Positions 1-8,680 of a DNA stretch of 64,000 nucleotides are shown piece by piece; the first letter of the stretch is position 1, and every line of letters begins with the position of its first letter. Position numbers and translations under genes: made by a program. The notes under the pieces are model-generated. The model saw only the letters and a program-made list of their open reading frames with translations. It was not told where the DNA came from and searched no databases. This stretch comes from Patescibacteria group bacterium (GTDB lineage Bacteria; Patescibacteriota; Minisyncoccia; UBA6257; 2-01-FULL-56-20), in contig JBBUGM010000011.1 in assembly GCA_038077975.1 (NCBI GenBank), positions 22,038 to 86,037 on the forward strand, given 5' to 3'.

Positions 1-116
1 GATAGACATATCCCGCCCACATAGCTCCGATTACTAGATGAACTACTATCTGAAGAGTCTCCCAGTCCATGCTGCACCTCGAAGAATTTACTACTATACA
101 TTGTAATCTTAAACAT

Positions 117-875
117 TTATTTTGTCAACACCATCGGGCCTCTCTCCGTTATCGCTACCGTATGCTCAAAATGGACCGCAAGCGAGCCGTCGGTGGTGAC
201 GAAGCTGTCGTCGGCGAGAGTTTTTGTGGCGCCGGAGCCTATGGCGACCATCGGCTCGATTGCGATGACCATTCCGACTTCGAGTTTTTCGCCATCGCCC
301 GCATATCCGAAATTCAGCACTTGGGGATCTTCGTGGAGCTCGCGGCCGATGCCATGGCCGGTTAGAGTTCGCACTACGGAAAAACCATTTTTCTCCACGA
401 ATTTTTGTATCGCGGCTCCGATATCCCCTACCGTCTTCCCGGCCTTAGCTTGCTTTATGCCCACCGCAAGAGATTCTTCGGTCACTTTTATAAGTTTTAG
501 CGCTTCTTGGCTGATCTCGCCCACAGCAACGGTAATTGCAGAGTCGAGATAAAATCCTTTATGCTTCAATCCTAAATCTAGCTTCAAAACATCTCCTTCT
601 TGTAATTTGTACTTAGACGGCCTGCCGTGCACTACACAATCGTTAAGCGATGCGCATAACGTAAATGGATACGCCTCGCGGCTGCCCGTCGGCCGGTAAT
701 TTAAAAAGGCTGGCTCGGCGTCGGCTTCTTTTATAAGCCGATGGGCTAGCTTGTCGAGCTCCAGAGTTTCGATCCCGGGCCGCACCTCGGCTCGCAAAGC
801 ACGCAGAACCTGGGCGAGCATCTTCCCGCCTTCAGCCATGATCGCAATTTCATGCGGTGTTTTAATCGTGGTCAT
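117..875 (-). CDS. map: methionine aminopeptidase, type I
   Basis: 252-aa ORF with the MetAP fold pattern (VVHG, GHGIG, IEPM). It sits after adk at the end of the spc cluster. Confidence 0.9.
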   Translation of the reverse strand: MTTIKTPHEIAIMAEGGKMLAQVLRALRAEVRPGIETLELDKLAHRLIKEADAEPAFLNYRPTGSREAYPFTLCASLNDCVVHGRPSKYKLQEGDVLKLDLGLKHKGFYLDSAITVAVGEISQEALKLIKVTEESLAVGIKQAKAGKTVGDIGAAIQKFVEKNGFSVVRTLTGHGIGRELHEDPQVLNFGYAGDGEKLEVGMVIAIEPMVAIGSGATKTLADDSFVTTDGSLAVHFEHTVAITERGPMVLTK

Positions 876-913
876 TTTCCGTTTACGTTTCTAAGCTAAA
901 CCAAAAAAATATA

Positions 914-949
914 ACTATCATTATACACCATATGGTTTATAATGATAGT
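914..949. repeat. palindrome ACTATCATTATA-N12-TATAATGATAGT, copy 1
   Basis: 36-bp near-perfect palindrome in the adk-map spacer. Confidence 0.85.
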
Positions 950-959
950 ATTTAAATCC

Positions 960-1751
960 TTAGCTGAAAAGTATTCTGTAGAAATCCAAGGTTTGCGCGG
1001 ACGTGGTTGTCGCATAAACCTTTTTCCCTATTCCTTTACTGCGCAACATGATCGTGCCGGCGATTTTGCCCAAAACTTTATACGGCGCGAGCGATGCATT
1101 GATCGGTTCTAAAACATATCTTCTCTTGCGCAAAATGTCGAAAATTGGCTTTGTGCGGTTTTCGTATTCGTGGAGCCGCACCTTGATGACCTCTGGTTTG
1201 TCCAAGGTACGCCTGTAAAGGCGTCCGCCGCAAACAGGGCAATACTTCGCCTTTACCACGTGAGATAACTTTCCGTATCTAACGTGGTGAACTTTCGGAT
1301 AATAGGCCGTTAAAAGTCCATAGCCGCATTCACGGCAAACAAGACGCGCGCTATTGCGCTTGATAGAACCTTTAGCCGGTAATTTGAGCTCAAAAACAAA
1401 AATATTGTTTTTTCCGTAAAGGCGTTCGAGGATCGGCACAAGTCCCTCGGCTTCGTAAATTGTCCGCGGCGAACCGGAAAAGACCATGCCTAATCCGGCT
1501 TTCGCGATCTTGGTTGCCGCTTCCGATACCTCTCGCAAAACAAAGCTCGGCGTGAGCAGTATCCCTTCGTCGAACATCTTGCGCTCGCGCCTGATAAACG
1601 CCTCTTTCTGCCGCCGCGGATCGTGCACGACGGACTCCAAGTACTTCCCCGTATCAAAATGGATCAAGCCCATTTTCTGGGCCAAAAGATTCGCCTGCGT
1701 GCCTTTACCGGAGCCCGGCGGCCCGTAGAGAATAATTACTATTTTTCTCAT
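960..1751 (-). CDS. adk: adenylate kinase with a Zn-finger LID and a C-terminal extension
   Basis: P-loop GPPGSGKGT. The LID has CRECG...CPVCGG. Start chosen at MRKIVII (M4 of the ORF). About 45 aa longer than typical Adk. Confidence 0.85.
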   Translation of the reverse strand: MRKIVIILYGPPGSGKGTQANLLAQKMGLIHFDTGKYLESVVHDPRRQKEAFIRRERKMFDEGILLTPSFVLREVSEAATKIAKAGLGMVFSGSPRTIYEAEGLVPILERLYGKNNIFVFELKLPAKGSIKRNSARLVCRECGYGLLTAYYPKVHHVRYGKLSHVVKAKYCPVCGGRLYRRTLDKPEVIKVRLHEYENRTKPIFDILRKRRYVLEPINASLAPYKVLGKIAGTIMLRSKGIGKKVYATTTSAQTLDFYRILFS

Positions 1752-1931
1752 TTGAAACAATCATAGCAAAAACTAAAAATATCCGCCAACTACCGATCAA
1801 AAAATATCTCTCTCGCATCGCATTGTACCATTCGCGCGAATGGTACAATGCGACTGTCGAACTAACATTGCGACGCAATAATACCTTGTGAAAAAAATAG
1901 CCCCGACAAATGCCGAGGCTAGCAAAAACGC

Positions 1932-2693
1932 TTATTTTTGACACGAAGCCGTCTGGGTTCTGGTATTAAACTTAATTTGCACTCTTTCCAGTTTGCAATC
2001 AAGACCTCGATTACAACGAATCTGCTCTTTTATGTTGTAGAACAGGGTAGGATAACCAAACGTGCTTAACAGGACAGGAATTGCTTTTTCGTCGTCCCTA
2101 AACCACCATGTCGATTCGATTGCATACAGAATGTTCGTTGAATATTTATCGTTGTCCTCATGCAGGACTTCGGGGAAATGAGTCGCCATGGCAATAACTT
2201 CTGCAATGAGCAGCCCTCGACGTTCATTTTTCGCAAAAAACTCTTTAAGTTCTTCGAGTGATTCAAATGAACTTGTCGAGGCAATACCCGTGTCAACATC
2301 GAATATGAGGTAGGGTTTATCCGCCACTTCCACGTCGTCAGTGATAAACCTCGTATCCTCTCTAAATGATTGCGAACCGCGCTTGCCCTTTTCCGTCTCT
2401 AAAAGATCGAATTGGGTACCGAGATTCAAAAAATCTCTCGGGAATACAATGAGAAACGGGATATTGCTCGTATCGGATTTCCTAAGTCGATTATTGAGTT
2501 GCTCGGACAAGGGGTTGATGGCGGTACGGAATTCTGCTTCTGTCATCTTGAGTGCTTGTGGGTATCCCAAATGGACTAATCGATTGACCTGAATTTCAAA
2601 AAGCAGTTTGTTATCGGATAGATCGTCAGCGCTAATCGCTAGTGCTGAAAGCAGGATAAAGACCATCACTCCAATCCAAAGGCAACCCTTCAT
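1932..2693 (-). CDS. hypothetical secreted protein
   Basis: 253-aa ORF with an N-terminal signal-like segment (MKGCLWIGVMVFILLSALAISA). Has its own TTGACA-18-TATTAT promoter-like site upstream. Inserted between secY and adk. Confidence 0.6.
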   Translation of the reverse strand: MKGCLWIGVMVFILLSALAISADDLSDNKLLFEIQVNRLVHLGYPQALKMTEAEFRTAINPLSEQLNNRLRKSDTSNIPFLIVFPRDFLNLGTQFDLLETEKGKRGSQSFREDTRFITDDVEVADKPYLIFDVDTGIASTSSFESLEELKEFFAKNERRGLLIAEVIAMATHFPEVLHEDNDKYSTNILYAIESTWWFRDDEKAIPVLLSTFGYPTLFYNIKEQIRCNRGLDCKLERVQIKFNTRTQTASCQK

Positions 2694-2892
2694 TTCACAA
2701 CCTCGCCAAAATATACTATCACCTATAATAATTTACAAAGGAGGCCTGTGTCAAGAGTCCACCGGCGCAGGAGTATTTCTTTCTCGATGGGGTTATCGGA
2801 GGTGCAAAAGCTCGGTGTCGCATTGCGACTTTTGCGCCGAGATACAGGCCGCCTTGCCGCAGGAGCAAGGCGAGCCGTCCCTCGAGAAAGAA

Positions 2893-4164
2893 TTACTCCA
2901 AGCCCTCGTATTCGCGAACCGTCAGTTGCGAATTCACCTGTCGCATCGTCTCCAAAGCCACGGCGACGACGATGAGCAAAGCAGTTCCGGAGATCGTCAA
3001 AACCTGAACTCCGGTAAGCTGCTGAATTATAATAGGCAGGATGGCGATGAGTCCCAAAAATGTCGCGCCAAAGAAAGTGATGCGATTCACGATGCCGGAG
3101 AAAAATGCAGTGGTTGACTCGCCGGGGCGCACGCCCGGGACAAAACCGCCACTCCTCTGGAGATTTTTTGAAACTTCCTCCGGATTGAAAGTTATCGCGG
3201 TGTAAAAATAGGTAAAAACGAACACAAGGCCAAAGTAAAAAATGCCGTAGAAAAGCTGGTTGTTTAAAAATCGCGTAATAATATCGTTCAGGCGCACGGC
3301 AATGTCCGGAGAAACAACCGACGCCGCCTGAGCGATAAATTGCGGAAATAAAAGCACGGAGATTGCGAAGATAAGGGGTATCATGCCCGCTTGGTTGATC
3401 TTCAAGGGCAAATAACTTTGCGCGCCGCCGTACATTTTCATCCCGCGAACGCGTTTCGCGTAAGCAACAGGAATTTTCCTCTCTCCTTCATTCAAATATA
3501 CGACTCCGGCAATGACTAAAACCGCGATGATAACGAAGCCGATGTAGGTTGGAAGCAAACCTGGCGTGTACGAAGCAAGCGCAAGCCCTACGGCGCCGGG
3601 AATACCCGCAACAATACCAGCCAATATCAAAAGCGAAATGCCGTTGCCTATTTTCTGCTCGCTGATGAGCTCGCCAAGCCACAAGGCAATCATCGAGCCC
3701 GCCGTGATAACGAGAACGTTGCGCACCATATCAAAGAGATCCGGCCGGTCGATAACGCCTTGGGAGATAAGCAACGTGAGGAATCCATAGGCCTGAACGA
3801 AGGCCAGGGGCACGGTTAAAAGACGCGACCATTGGTTGAATTTGGCCTTGCCGCGCTCCCCTTCTTCGTAATACATCTCCTTGAATTTGGGGAAGATGAT
3901 GGTCAAAAGCTGCATGATGATGGTCGCCGTGATATAGGGGCCGACTCCCAGCATAACGACGGACAAATTCGAAAGTCCGCCGCCGGAGAAAAAGTTCAAA
4001 AATCCTAAGAATTGGTTGGAGCCGAAATATTGACTCAAACGGCTTGCGTCGATGTCAGGTATCGGCACCGCGGCCAAAAGACGATAAAAAACCAAAAGCC
4101 CGGCGACAAAAAGAACCTTGTTACGCAGGTCGGGGATTTTGAAAATTTGTAAAAATCTTTGCAT
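2893..4164 (-). CDS. secY: preprotein translocase subunit SecY
   Basis: 423-aa polytopic membrane ORF. Position after rplO is the conserved spc order. Confidence 0.95.
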   Translation of the reverse strand: MQRFLQIFKIPDLRNKVLFVAGLLVFYRLLAAVPIPDIDASRLSQYFGSNQFLGFLNFFSGGGLSNLSVVMLGVGPYITATIIMQLLTIIFPKFKEMYYEEGERGKAKFNQWSRLLTVPLAFVQAYGFLTLLISQGVIDRPDLFDMVRNVLVITAGSMIALWLGELISEQKIGNGISLLILAGIVAGIPGAVGLALASYTPGLLPTYIGFVIIAVLVIAGVVYLNEGERKIPVAYAKRVRGMKMYGGAQSYLPLKINQAGMIPLIFAISVLLFPQFIAQAASVVSPDIAVRLNDIITRFLNNQLFYGIFYFGLVFVFTYFYTAITFNPEEVSKNLQRSGGFVPGVRPGESTTAFFSGIVNRITFFGATFLGLIAILPIIIQQLTGVQVLTISGTALLIVVAVALETMRQVNSQLTVREYEGLE

Positions 4165-4172
4165 GATTTTTT

Positions 4173-4243
4173 ATCAACGAATAGCGAATTTTGTTTCGAA
4201 TTTACGAATTCGTAGATTCGCAGTTTATTCGTTATTCGCTGAT
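4173..4243. repeat. intergenic imperfect palindrome, ACGAAT/ATTCG word family
   Basis: ATCAACGAATAGCGAATT ... ATTCGTTATTCGCTGAT. The right arm overlaps the rplO stop. Confidence 0.8.
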
Positions 4244-4681
4244 GACGCGCCCCCCAGCGCGTTCGATCTTCGCCTTCGCGCTCTTCGACACCTTTAACCC
4301 CTCCACGCGAATCGGCATGCCCATCTCTCCCTCGCCTAAAATTTTAACATCACCGCTAAAGCGGCGCGGCAAAAGCCCCGCCTCGAGAAGGAATTTCTTG
4401 TCGAGCGTAAATTCGCCTTTTTTCGCATGAACTTTTATTACTAAAGACAGGTCCTTCAAATTAAATATCTTCGACGCTGGCGAGGTCGGCTTATTCGGGC
4501 CACTTTTCCCAAGGCCACGTCTCTTCGGAATACGGATGATAAGGTCGCGCTCTGCCGGCCTAATGCGCCTCCCGGAACGCGACTTCTGTCCCTTAGTTCC
4601 TCGGCCCGAGGTCGTACCGCGCTTGCCGCCGCGCCCGACGCGCTGAGCCCGCTTTTGAATTGATGATAGATTGTGCAGCAT
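4232..4681 (-). CDS. rplO: 50S ribosomal protein L15
   Basis: 149 aa with a Gly/Arg/Lys-rich N-terminus (GRGGKRGTTSGRGTKGQK). Follows rpsE directly. Confidence 0.9.
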   Translation of the reverse strand: MLHNLSSIQKRAQRVGRGGKRGTTSGRGTKGQKSRSGRRIRPAERDLIIRIPKRRGLGKSGPNKPTSPASKIFNLKDLSLVIKVHAKKGEFTLDKKFLLEAGLLPRRFSGDVKILGEGEMGMPIRVEGLKVSKSAKAKIERAGGRVISE

Positions 4682-4685
4682 TATA

Positions 4686-4826
4686 AAACTCTAAATTCTA
4701 ATTTCTAAATCCTAAACAAACTCGAAATTCAAATATCTAAATTTTAAACGTTTGTTATCTTGAATTTTGATTATTGGGATTTGTTTCGGATTTCGGATTT
4801 CGTGCTTCGGATTTCAGATTCTTTAG
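4686..4826. repeat. imperfect palindrome, TCTAAAT/ATTTAGA word family
   Basis: The left arm is in the rplO-rpsE spacer. The right arm is the 3' end of rpsE. Confidence 0.7.
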
Positions 4827-5273
4827 GGCTTCGATCGTCGCCAAAGCATTCGTCAGTTTGTTCGGAGTTCGGCCAAGGCATTTTGCCGTGGCATCCTTCA
4901 CGCCGGCAAGAGCGAGCACGAACCTCACTGCGCCTCCAGCCCGAAGCCCGTGGCCGTCCGAGGCGGGCTTGATCAAAACCTTTGCGGCGCTGTATTTCGC
5001 GAAAACCTCATGTGGAATAGTTCGCTGGTCTTTGAGGCCGATCTTGATGATCTTTTTCTTCGCGTCTTCTTTCGCTTTGCCGACCGCCTGGGCAACATCT
5101 ATTCCTTTTGCGATACCCACCCCAACCCTGCCCTTGCCGTCACCCAAAACAATGGTCACCCTGAAACGAAATCTTTTTCCGCCGGCGACAACACGCGTGA
5201 CCCTGCGGAGGTCAAGAACTTTTTCCTTGAATTCTTCTCTTTTGGCCACTCTTGGTGAACGATCTCTTCTCAT
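4755..5273 (-). CDS. rpsE: 30S ribosomal protein S5
   Basis: Core RVTRVVAGGKRFRFRV. Start taken at MRRDRS (M21 of the ORF). The C-terminal tail KSEARNPKSETNPNNQNSR is encoded by repeat words. Confidence 0.9.
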   Translation of the reverse strand: MRRDRSPRVAKREEFKEKVLDLRRVTRVVAGGKRFRFRVTIVLGDGKGRVGVGIAKGIDVAQAVGKAKEDAKKKIIKIGLKDQRTIPHEVFAKYSAAKVLIKPASDGHGLRAGGAVRFVLALAGVKDATAKCLGRTPNKLTNALATIEALKNLKSEARNPKSETNPNNQNSR

Positions 5274-5279
5274 TGTTTT

Positions 5280-5514
5280 ATTATTCACCCGCAAGAATAC
5301 CCGCCCGCTTGCGGGCGGGATGAATTGCGGCACGTGAATAATAACCCCGCCCTATTTGTGGCAGAAATTGAGCAATTGCAATATTAGAGCCGTAAGGCGG
5401 CTTCGCCTTTAAGTGATGCATATGCTTAGATTTTACAGCAAATAGGGCGGGGTGAATAACCGCAAGACCGCAGAGCGGTTTTGGATACCGCACCGCTCTG
5501 CGGTGCGGTTATTC
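5280..5514. repeat. three abutting long hairpins (5280-5342, 5344-5453, 5454-5514)
   Basis: Perfect stems: ATTATTCAC/GTGAATAAT plus CCCGCCCGC/GCGGGCGGG; ACCCCGCCCTATTTG/CAAATAGGGCGGGGT; GAATAACCGCA/TGCGGTTATTC plus CCGCAGAGCGG/CCGCTCTGCGG. Confidence 0.85.
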
Positions 5515-5860
5515 ATATATTTAATCCGCCGCTTCGCGCCCCTTCGGCTAGAGCTCTCACGCGGCCGTGATAACGGTAGTGCCGACGGTCAAAAACCGCT
5601 TGCGAAATTCCGAGTTCTTTCGCTTTTTTGGAGATTGATTCTCCGACTTTGCGCGCCTGGTCCGTTTTCGAACCCTTCACGCCTTTGCTCGAGGCATTGG
5701 CAAGGGTGTGTCCCTTCACATCATCTATCAATTGTACAGAAAGGCCCCTATTGCTCCTCAAAACCGCGAGCCGTGGGCGCACGGCGGAACCAGAAATCCG
5801 CGCCCTTACACGAACGACACGCCTTGCCTTTTTTGCATTAAATGATTTTTTTTGGTTCAT
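5513..5860 (-). CDS. rplR: 50S ribosomal protein L18
   Basis: 115 aa. RPRLAVLRSNRGLSVQLIDD is the typical L18 signature. Operon position fits. Confidence 0.9.
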   Translation of the reverse strand: MNQKKSFNAKKARRVVRVRARISGSAVRPRLAVLRSNRGLSVQLIDDVKGHTLANASSKGVKGSKTDQARKVGESISKKAKELGISQAVFDRRHYRYHGRVRALAEGARSGGLNI

Positions 5861-5977
5861 CCCGTTAGAAGCAGATCGCGATCAAGGAAATCTGCAAAGT
5901 TTTTAATTAGTTATAAAGATTATCACTTTTATGTAATATTTTCTAGCCCGCGCCACGCGATCGCGGCTTCTAACGGG
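5861..5977. repeat. long-range hairpin in the rplF-rplR spacer
   Basis: CCCGTTAGAAGC (5861-5872) pairs with GCTTCTAACGGG (5966-5977). The loop is AT-rich. Confidence 0.8.
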
Positions 5978-5992
5978 ATTCATGTTGCGTTA

Positions 5993-6541
5993 TTAAGCAA
6001 CGGCAGCGGCACCGGCCTTCTTACCCGCCTTCCTTCTCACTATTTCACCGCGATACCTGATGCCTTTGCCCTTGTACGGCTCCGGCTTTTTGTAAGCTCT
6101 AATGTCCGCCGCAACCTGGCCCACAAGCGCCCTGTCAGCTCCGGACACTTTGATCGTGTTCTTTTCGATCTCTACGGCCACGCCTTCGGGTATCGTGAGG
6201 CGCACTGGCACGGCATAGCCCAAATGCAAAACCAAATTCTTCCCCTCCACTTGAGCGCGGAAACCAACTCCTTCGATATCCAACACTTTCAAAAAATTCT
6301 CTTTGGCGCCGCGGATCGCGTTTTGAACCAAAGCCCAAGTCGTTCCCAAGATCGCCTTATCTTGTTTGCGTTTGGCTTCGAACTTAACCCAAACCGAACC
6401 TTTGTCTGCGACAACATCGATGCCAGGAAAGAGTTTTACTTTCCTTTCCGTTTTGGCGCCTTTAACCAGCAAAAAATCTCCATTTTGCGCAATGGTTACG
6501 CCTTCGGGCAATTTGATAGGTTTTCTTGCTAAACGACTCAT
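5993..6541 (-). CDS. rplF: 50S ribosomal protein L6
   Basis: 182 aa starting MSRLARKPIKLPEGV. Operon position fits. Confidence 0.95.
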   Translation of the reverse strand: MSRLARKPIKLPEGVTIAQNGDFLLVKGAKTERKVKLFPGIDVVADKGSVWVKFEAKRKQDKAILGTTWALVQNAIRGAKENFLKVLDIEGVGFRAQVEGKNLVLHLGYAVPVRLTIPEGVAVEIEKNTIKVSGADRALVGQVAADIRAYKKPEPYKGKGIRYRGEIVRRKAGKKAGAAAVA

Positions 6542-6543
6542 GT

Positions 6544-6915
6544 TTACCAGATTTCGAATAAATACTCGCCGCCAATCTTTTGTTTTCTTGCGTCTTTGTT
6601 GCTCAATATACCCTTCGGCGTTGAATAAACTCCCCAGCCATAACCGTTCTTCACCGCTTTGATATTCCGATAATCAACATAGATGTGCCGACCCGGCTTG
6701 CTGACAAGTTTGATGCCTCTTATCTCGTTTTGATTCGGCAGTTTTATCTCCAGAAAATTCTTTTTGCCTACCGTCTTTTTCTGGACGTCTTTGATGTGAC
6801 CGGTCGCCGAAAGCACTTGGGCAATGGCAAAATCCATCTTAGAAAACGGAGCAAGAACGGAACTCTTTCCTGCGGCCTCGGCATTTTTAATTCTTGGTAA
6901 TAGATCGTAGTACAT
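6544..6915 (-). CDS. rpsH: 30S ribosomal protein S8
   Basis: 123 aa ending GGEYLFEIW. Operon position fits. Confidence 0.95.
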   Translation of the reverse strand: MYYDLLPRIKNAEAAGKSSVLAPFSKMDFAIAQVLSATGHIKDVQKKTVGKKNFLEIKLPNQNEIRGIKLVSKPGRHIYVDYRNIKAVKNGYGWGVYSTPKGILSNKDARKQKIGGEYLFEIW

Positions 6916-6921
6916 TGGTTT

Positions 6922-7107
6922 TTACCAGCTTGCTTTTTTTACTCCTGGTATCTGTTGCATGGTCGCCATTTCCCGGAAGCAAATACGGCAGAGATTGAAG
7001 TCCCTCATGTATCCCCTCTTCCTGCCGCAGCGAAAACAGCGCCGCACTATCCGTGTGGAAAATTTTGGTTTCTTTTTACTGCGCGCGATTACAGATTGTT
7101 TTGCCAT
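6922..7107 (-). CDS. rpsN: 30S ribosomal protein S14, type Z (zinc-binding)
   Basis: 61 aa with CFRCG...CRIC cysteine pairs. Confidence 0.9.
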   Translation of the reverse strand: MAKQSVIARSKKKPKFSTRIVRRCFRCGRKRGYMRDFNLCRICFREMATMQQIPGVKKASW

Positions 7108-7118
7108 ATCAATGTTAA

Positions 7119-7226
7119 AGTTCTAATTTCTAAATTCTAAATTCTAAAAATCCCTTCGGGTTTAAAATTTTGAAATTTGATATTTGTGATTTGTTTAGAA
7201 TTTAGGATTTAGGATTTTTCAGCGGA
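7119..7226. repeat. imperfect palindrome, TCTAAAT word family
   Basis: TCTAAATTCTAAATTCTAAA ... TTTAGAATTTAGGATTTAGG with a central CCCTTCGGG hairpin. The right arm encodes the rplE C-terminus. Confidence 0.8.
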
Positions 7227-7726
7227 ACCCCGAATGATCGATATTTTTCCATCGCCTTTTCTTTATTCTTAACTTTAGGCACAACGGTTACGCCCAAAGA
7301 AAATGTAGTGGGCGATAGCTCGGGACTGACCTCGGAAAAAACAAGTTGTTCCCTGAGTCCGATGTTCAGTGAACCTCCATCGTCTACCGCCGACAGTTTG
7401 ATCCCGCCAAAATCTTTTACCCGCGGCAATACCATTTTAATCATCCGCTCGAAAAAATCAACCATCCTTTTCCCGCGCAGGGTAACTTTAAGGCCGACAA
7501 CTTGCCCCTGCCTGGTTTTGAAGCCGGCAATGGACTTCTTGGCCGGACGTGATGCCGGTTTTTGGCCGGAAATAAGAGCAACGTCGCGCATGACTTGGGG
7601 CAGGATTTTTTCCTCAAAATTCGGCTGAGAACTCAAACGGCCGATGCCAACATCAATAACGATCTTTTCGAAAAAGCTGGCTATGCCCTTACCGTGGTCG
7701 GATGTGTGTTTAGTGGTTTTATGCAC
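7202..7726 (-). CDS. rplE: 50S ribosomal protein L5
   Basis: 174 aa. Operon position fits. The C-terminal codons (KNPKS) are encoded by a repeat arm. Confidence 0.9.
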   Translation of the reverse strand: MHKTTKHTSDHGKGIASFFEKIVIDVGIGRLSSQPNFEEKILPQVMRDVALISGQKPASRPAKKSIAGFKTRQGQVVGLKVTLRGKRMVDFFERMIKMVLPRVKDFGGIKLSAVDDGGSLNIGLREQLVFSEVSPELSPTTFSLGVTVVPKVKNKEKAMEKYRSFGVPLKNPKS

Positions 7727-7826
7727 GTTCGCTGTAGCTCACACACTAATTACCGCTAATATGGAACGAATAAACGCTAACATATTCGTGGTAATTCGTG
7801 TTTGTATTCGTGGTTATTCGTGTGCG
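7727..7826. repeat. imperfect palindrome, CACAC/ATTCGTG word family
   Basis: CACACACTAATTACCGCTAATATG ... CATATTCGTGGTAATTCGTGTTTG. Confidence 0.8.
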
Positions 7827-8132
7827 CTATATATTAGCGCCGCACTTCTTGCAATATCTGACCTTTTTGCCGCCTTCGCTACGAGATCCTACTCGCGCGG
7901 CTTTTTTACAACTCCCGCAAATAAGCATCAATGAAGATGCGTGCACGGGCCGCGGCACGTTAACTACTTCACCTTTCTGCCCCTGCCGCTTTGGCTTGGA
8001 GCGCTTCTTGTAAAGATTCAACCCTTCAACGGTCGCTCTGTCGTCTTCCGGAAAAACGCGCAAAACCTTGCCGACTTTACCGCGGTCCTTACCCGAAAGA
8101 ATTTTTACATTGTCGCCTTTGCGTATTTTCAT
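7827..8132 (-). CDS. rplX: 50S ribosomal protein L24 with a C-terminal Cys4 ribbon
   Basis: KOW motif MKIRKGDNVKILSGKDRGK. CGSC...CKKC at the C-terminus. Confidence 0.9.
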   Translation of the reverse strand: MKIRKGDNVKILSGKDRGKVGKVLRVFPEDDRATVEGLNLYKKRSKPKRQGQKGEVVNVPRPVHASSLMLICGSCKKAARVGSRSEGGKKVRYCKKCGANI

Positions 8133-8217
8133 GGAGTTCGGCTACGAAATACGAATTTCTTACGAATATACTAAATCATTTTCGTATATTCGTACTTTTT
8201 CGTAATTTAGTAGAGAA
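8133..8217. repeat. imperfect palindrome, ACGAAT word family
   Basis: TACGAATATAC-12 nt-GTATATTCGTA core, with imperfect outer arms. Confidence 0.8.
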
Positions 8218-8586
8218 TTACACGATTTCTTCCGCCATCGTCATTAATTTCTCAAAACCTTTTTCTTTGAGCTCGCGCGGCATCGGCCCGAAAACTCTGG
8301 TTGCCATGGGTTCTTTCTTCGCGTCAACAAGAACAACCGCGTTTTCATCAAAACGGATGTACGAGCCGTCTTTTCTCCTCATCGGCGCCCGCCCGCGAAC
8401 CAAGACCGCTTTCACAATGTCCTTTTTCTTCACCGCCTTCCTCGGCTCCGCCACCTGGACGGAAGCAACGATGATATCCCCGATCCTCGCGTACCTGCGC
8501 CTCGTTCCGCCTAAAATCCTAAAACAACGCACTATCTTTGCGCCTGTGTTGTCCGCTACTTTTAATATGGCTCGTTCTTGGATCAT
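8218..8586 (-). CDS. rplN: 50S ribosomal protein L14
   Basis: MIQERAILKVADNTGAK. Start taken at M8 of the ORF. Confidence 0.95.
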   Translation of the reverse strand: MIQERAILKVADNTGAKIVRCFRILGGTRRRYARIGDIIVASVQVAEPRKAVKKKDIVKAVLVRGRAPMRRKDGSYIRFDENAVVLVDAKKEPMATRVFGPMPRELKEKGFEKLMTMAEEIV

Positions 8587-8680
8587 TGCTAACGCGAGCG
8601 ATGCCAAACTACGAATCTCATGCGAATCTACGAATTAATTTTCGAGGCATTCGCATGTATTTGTAGTTTTGAATCGCAAT
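8587..8680. repeat. imperfect palindrome containing a copy of the 32-nt MPR motif (8646-8677)
   Basis: CCAAACTACGAATCTCATGCGAAT ... ATTCGCATGTATTTGTAGTTTTG. Confidence 0.8.

Noticed and set aside
1-116. A possible gene start (ATG at 9-7 on the minus strand) leading out of the window, expected to be infA or the next spc-cluster gene.
   Set aside because: Only three codons are visible, so it cannot be supported.
5852-6532. 226-aa plus-strand ORF across rplF.
   Set aside because: It is antisense to ribosomal protein L6.
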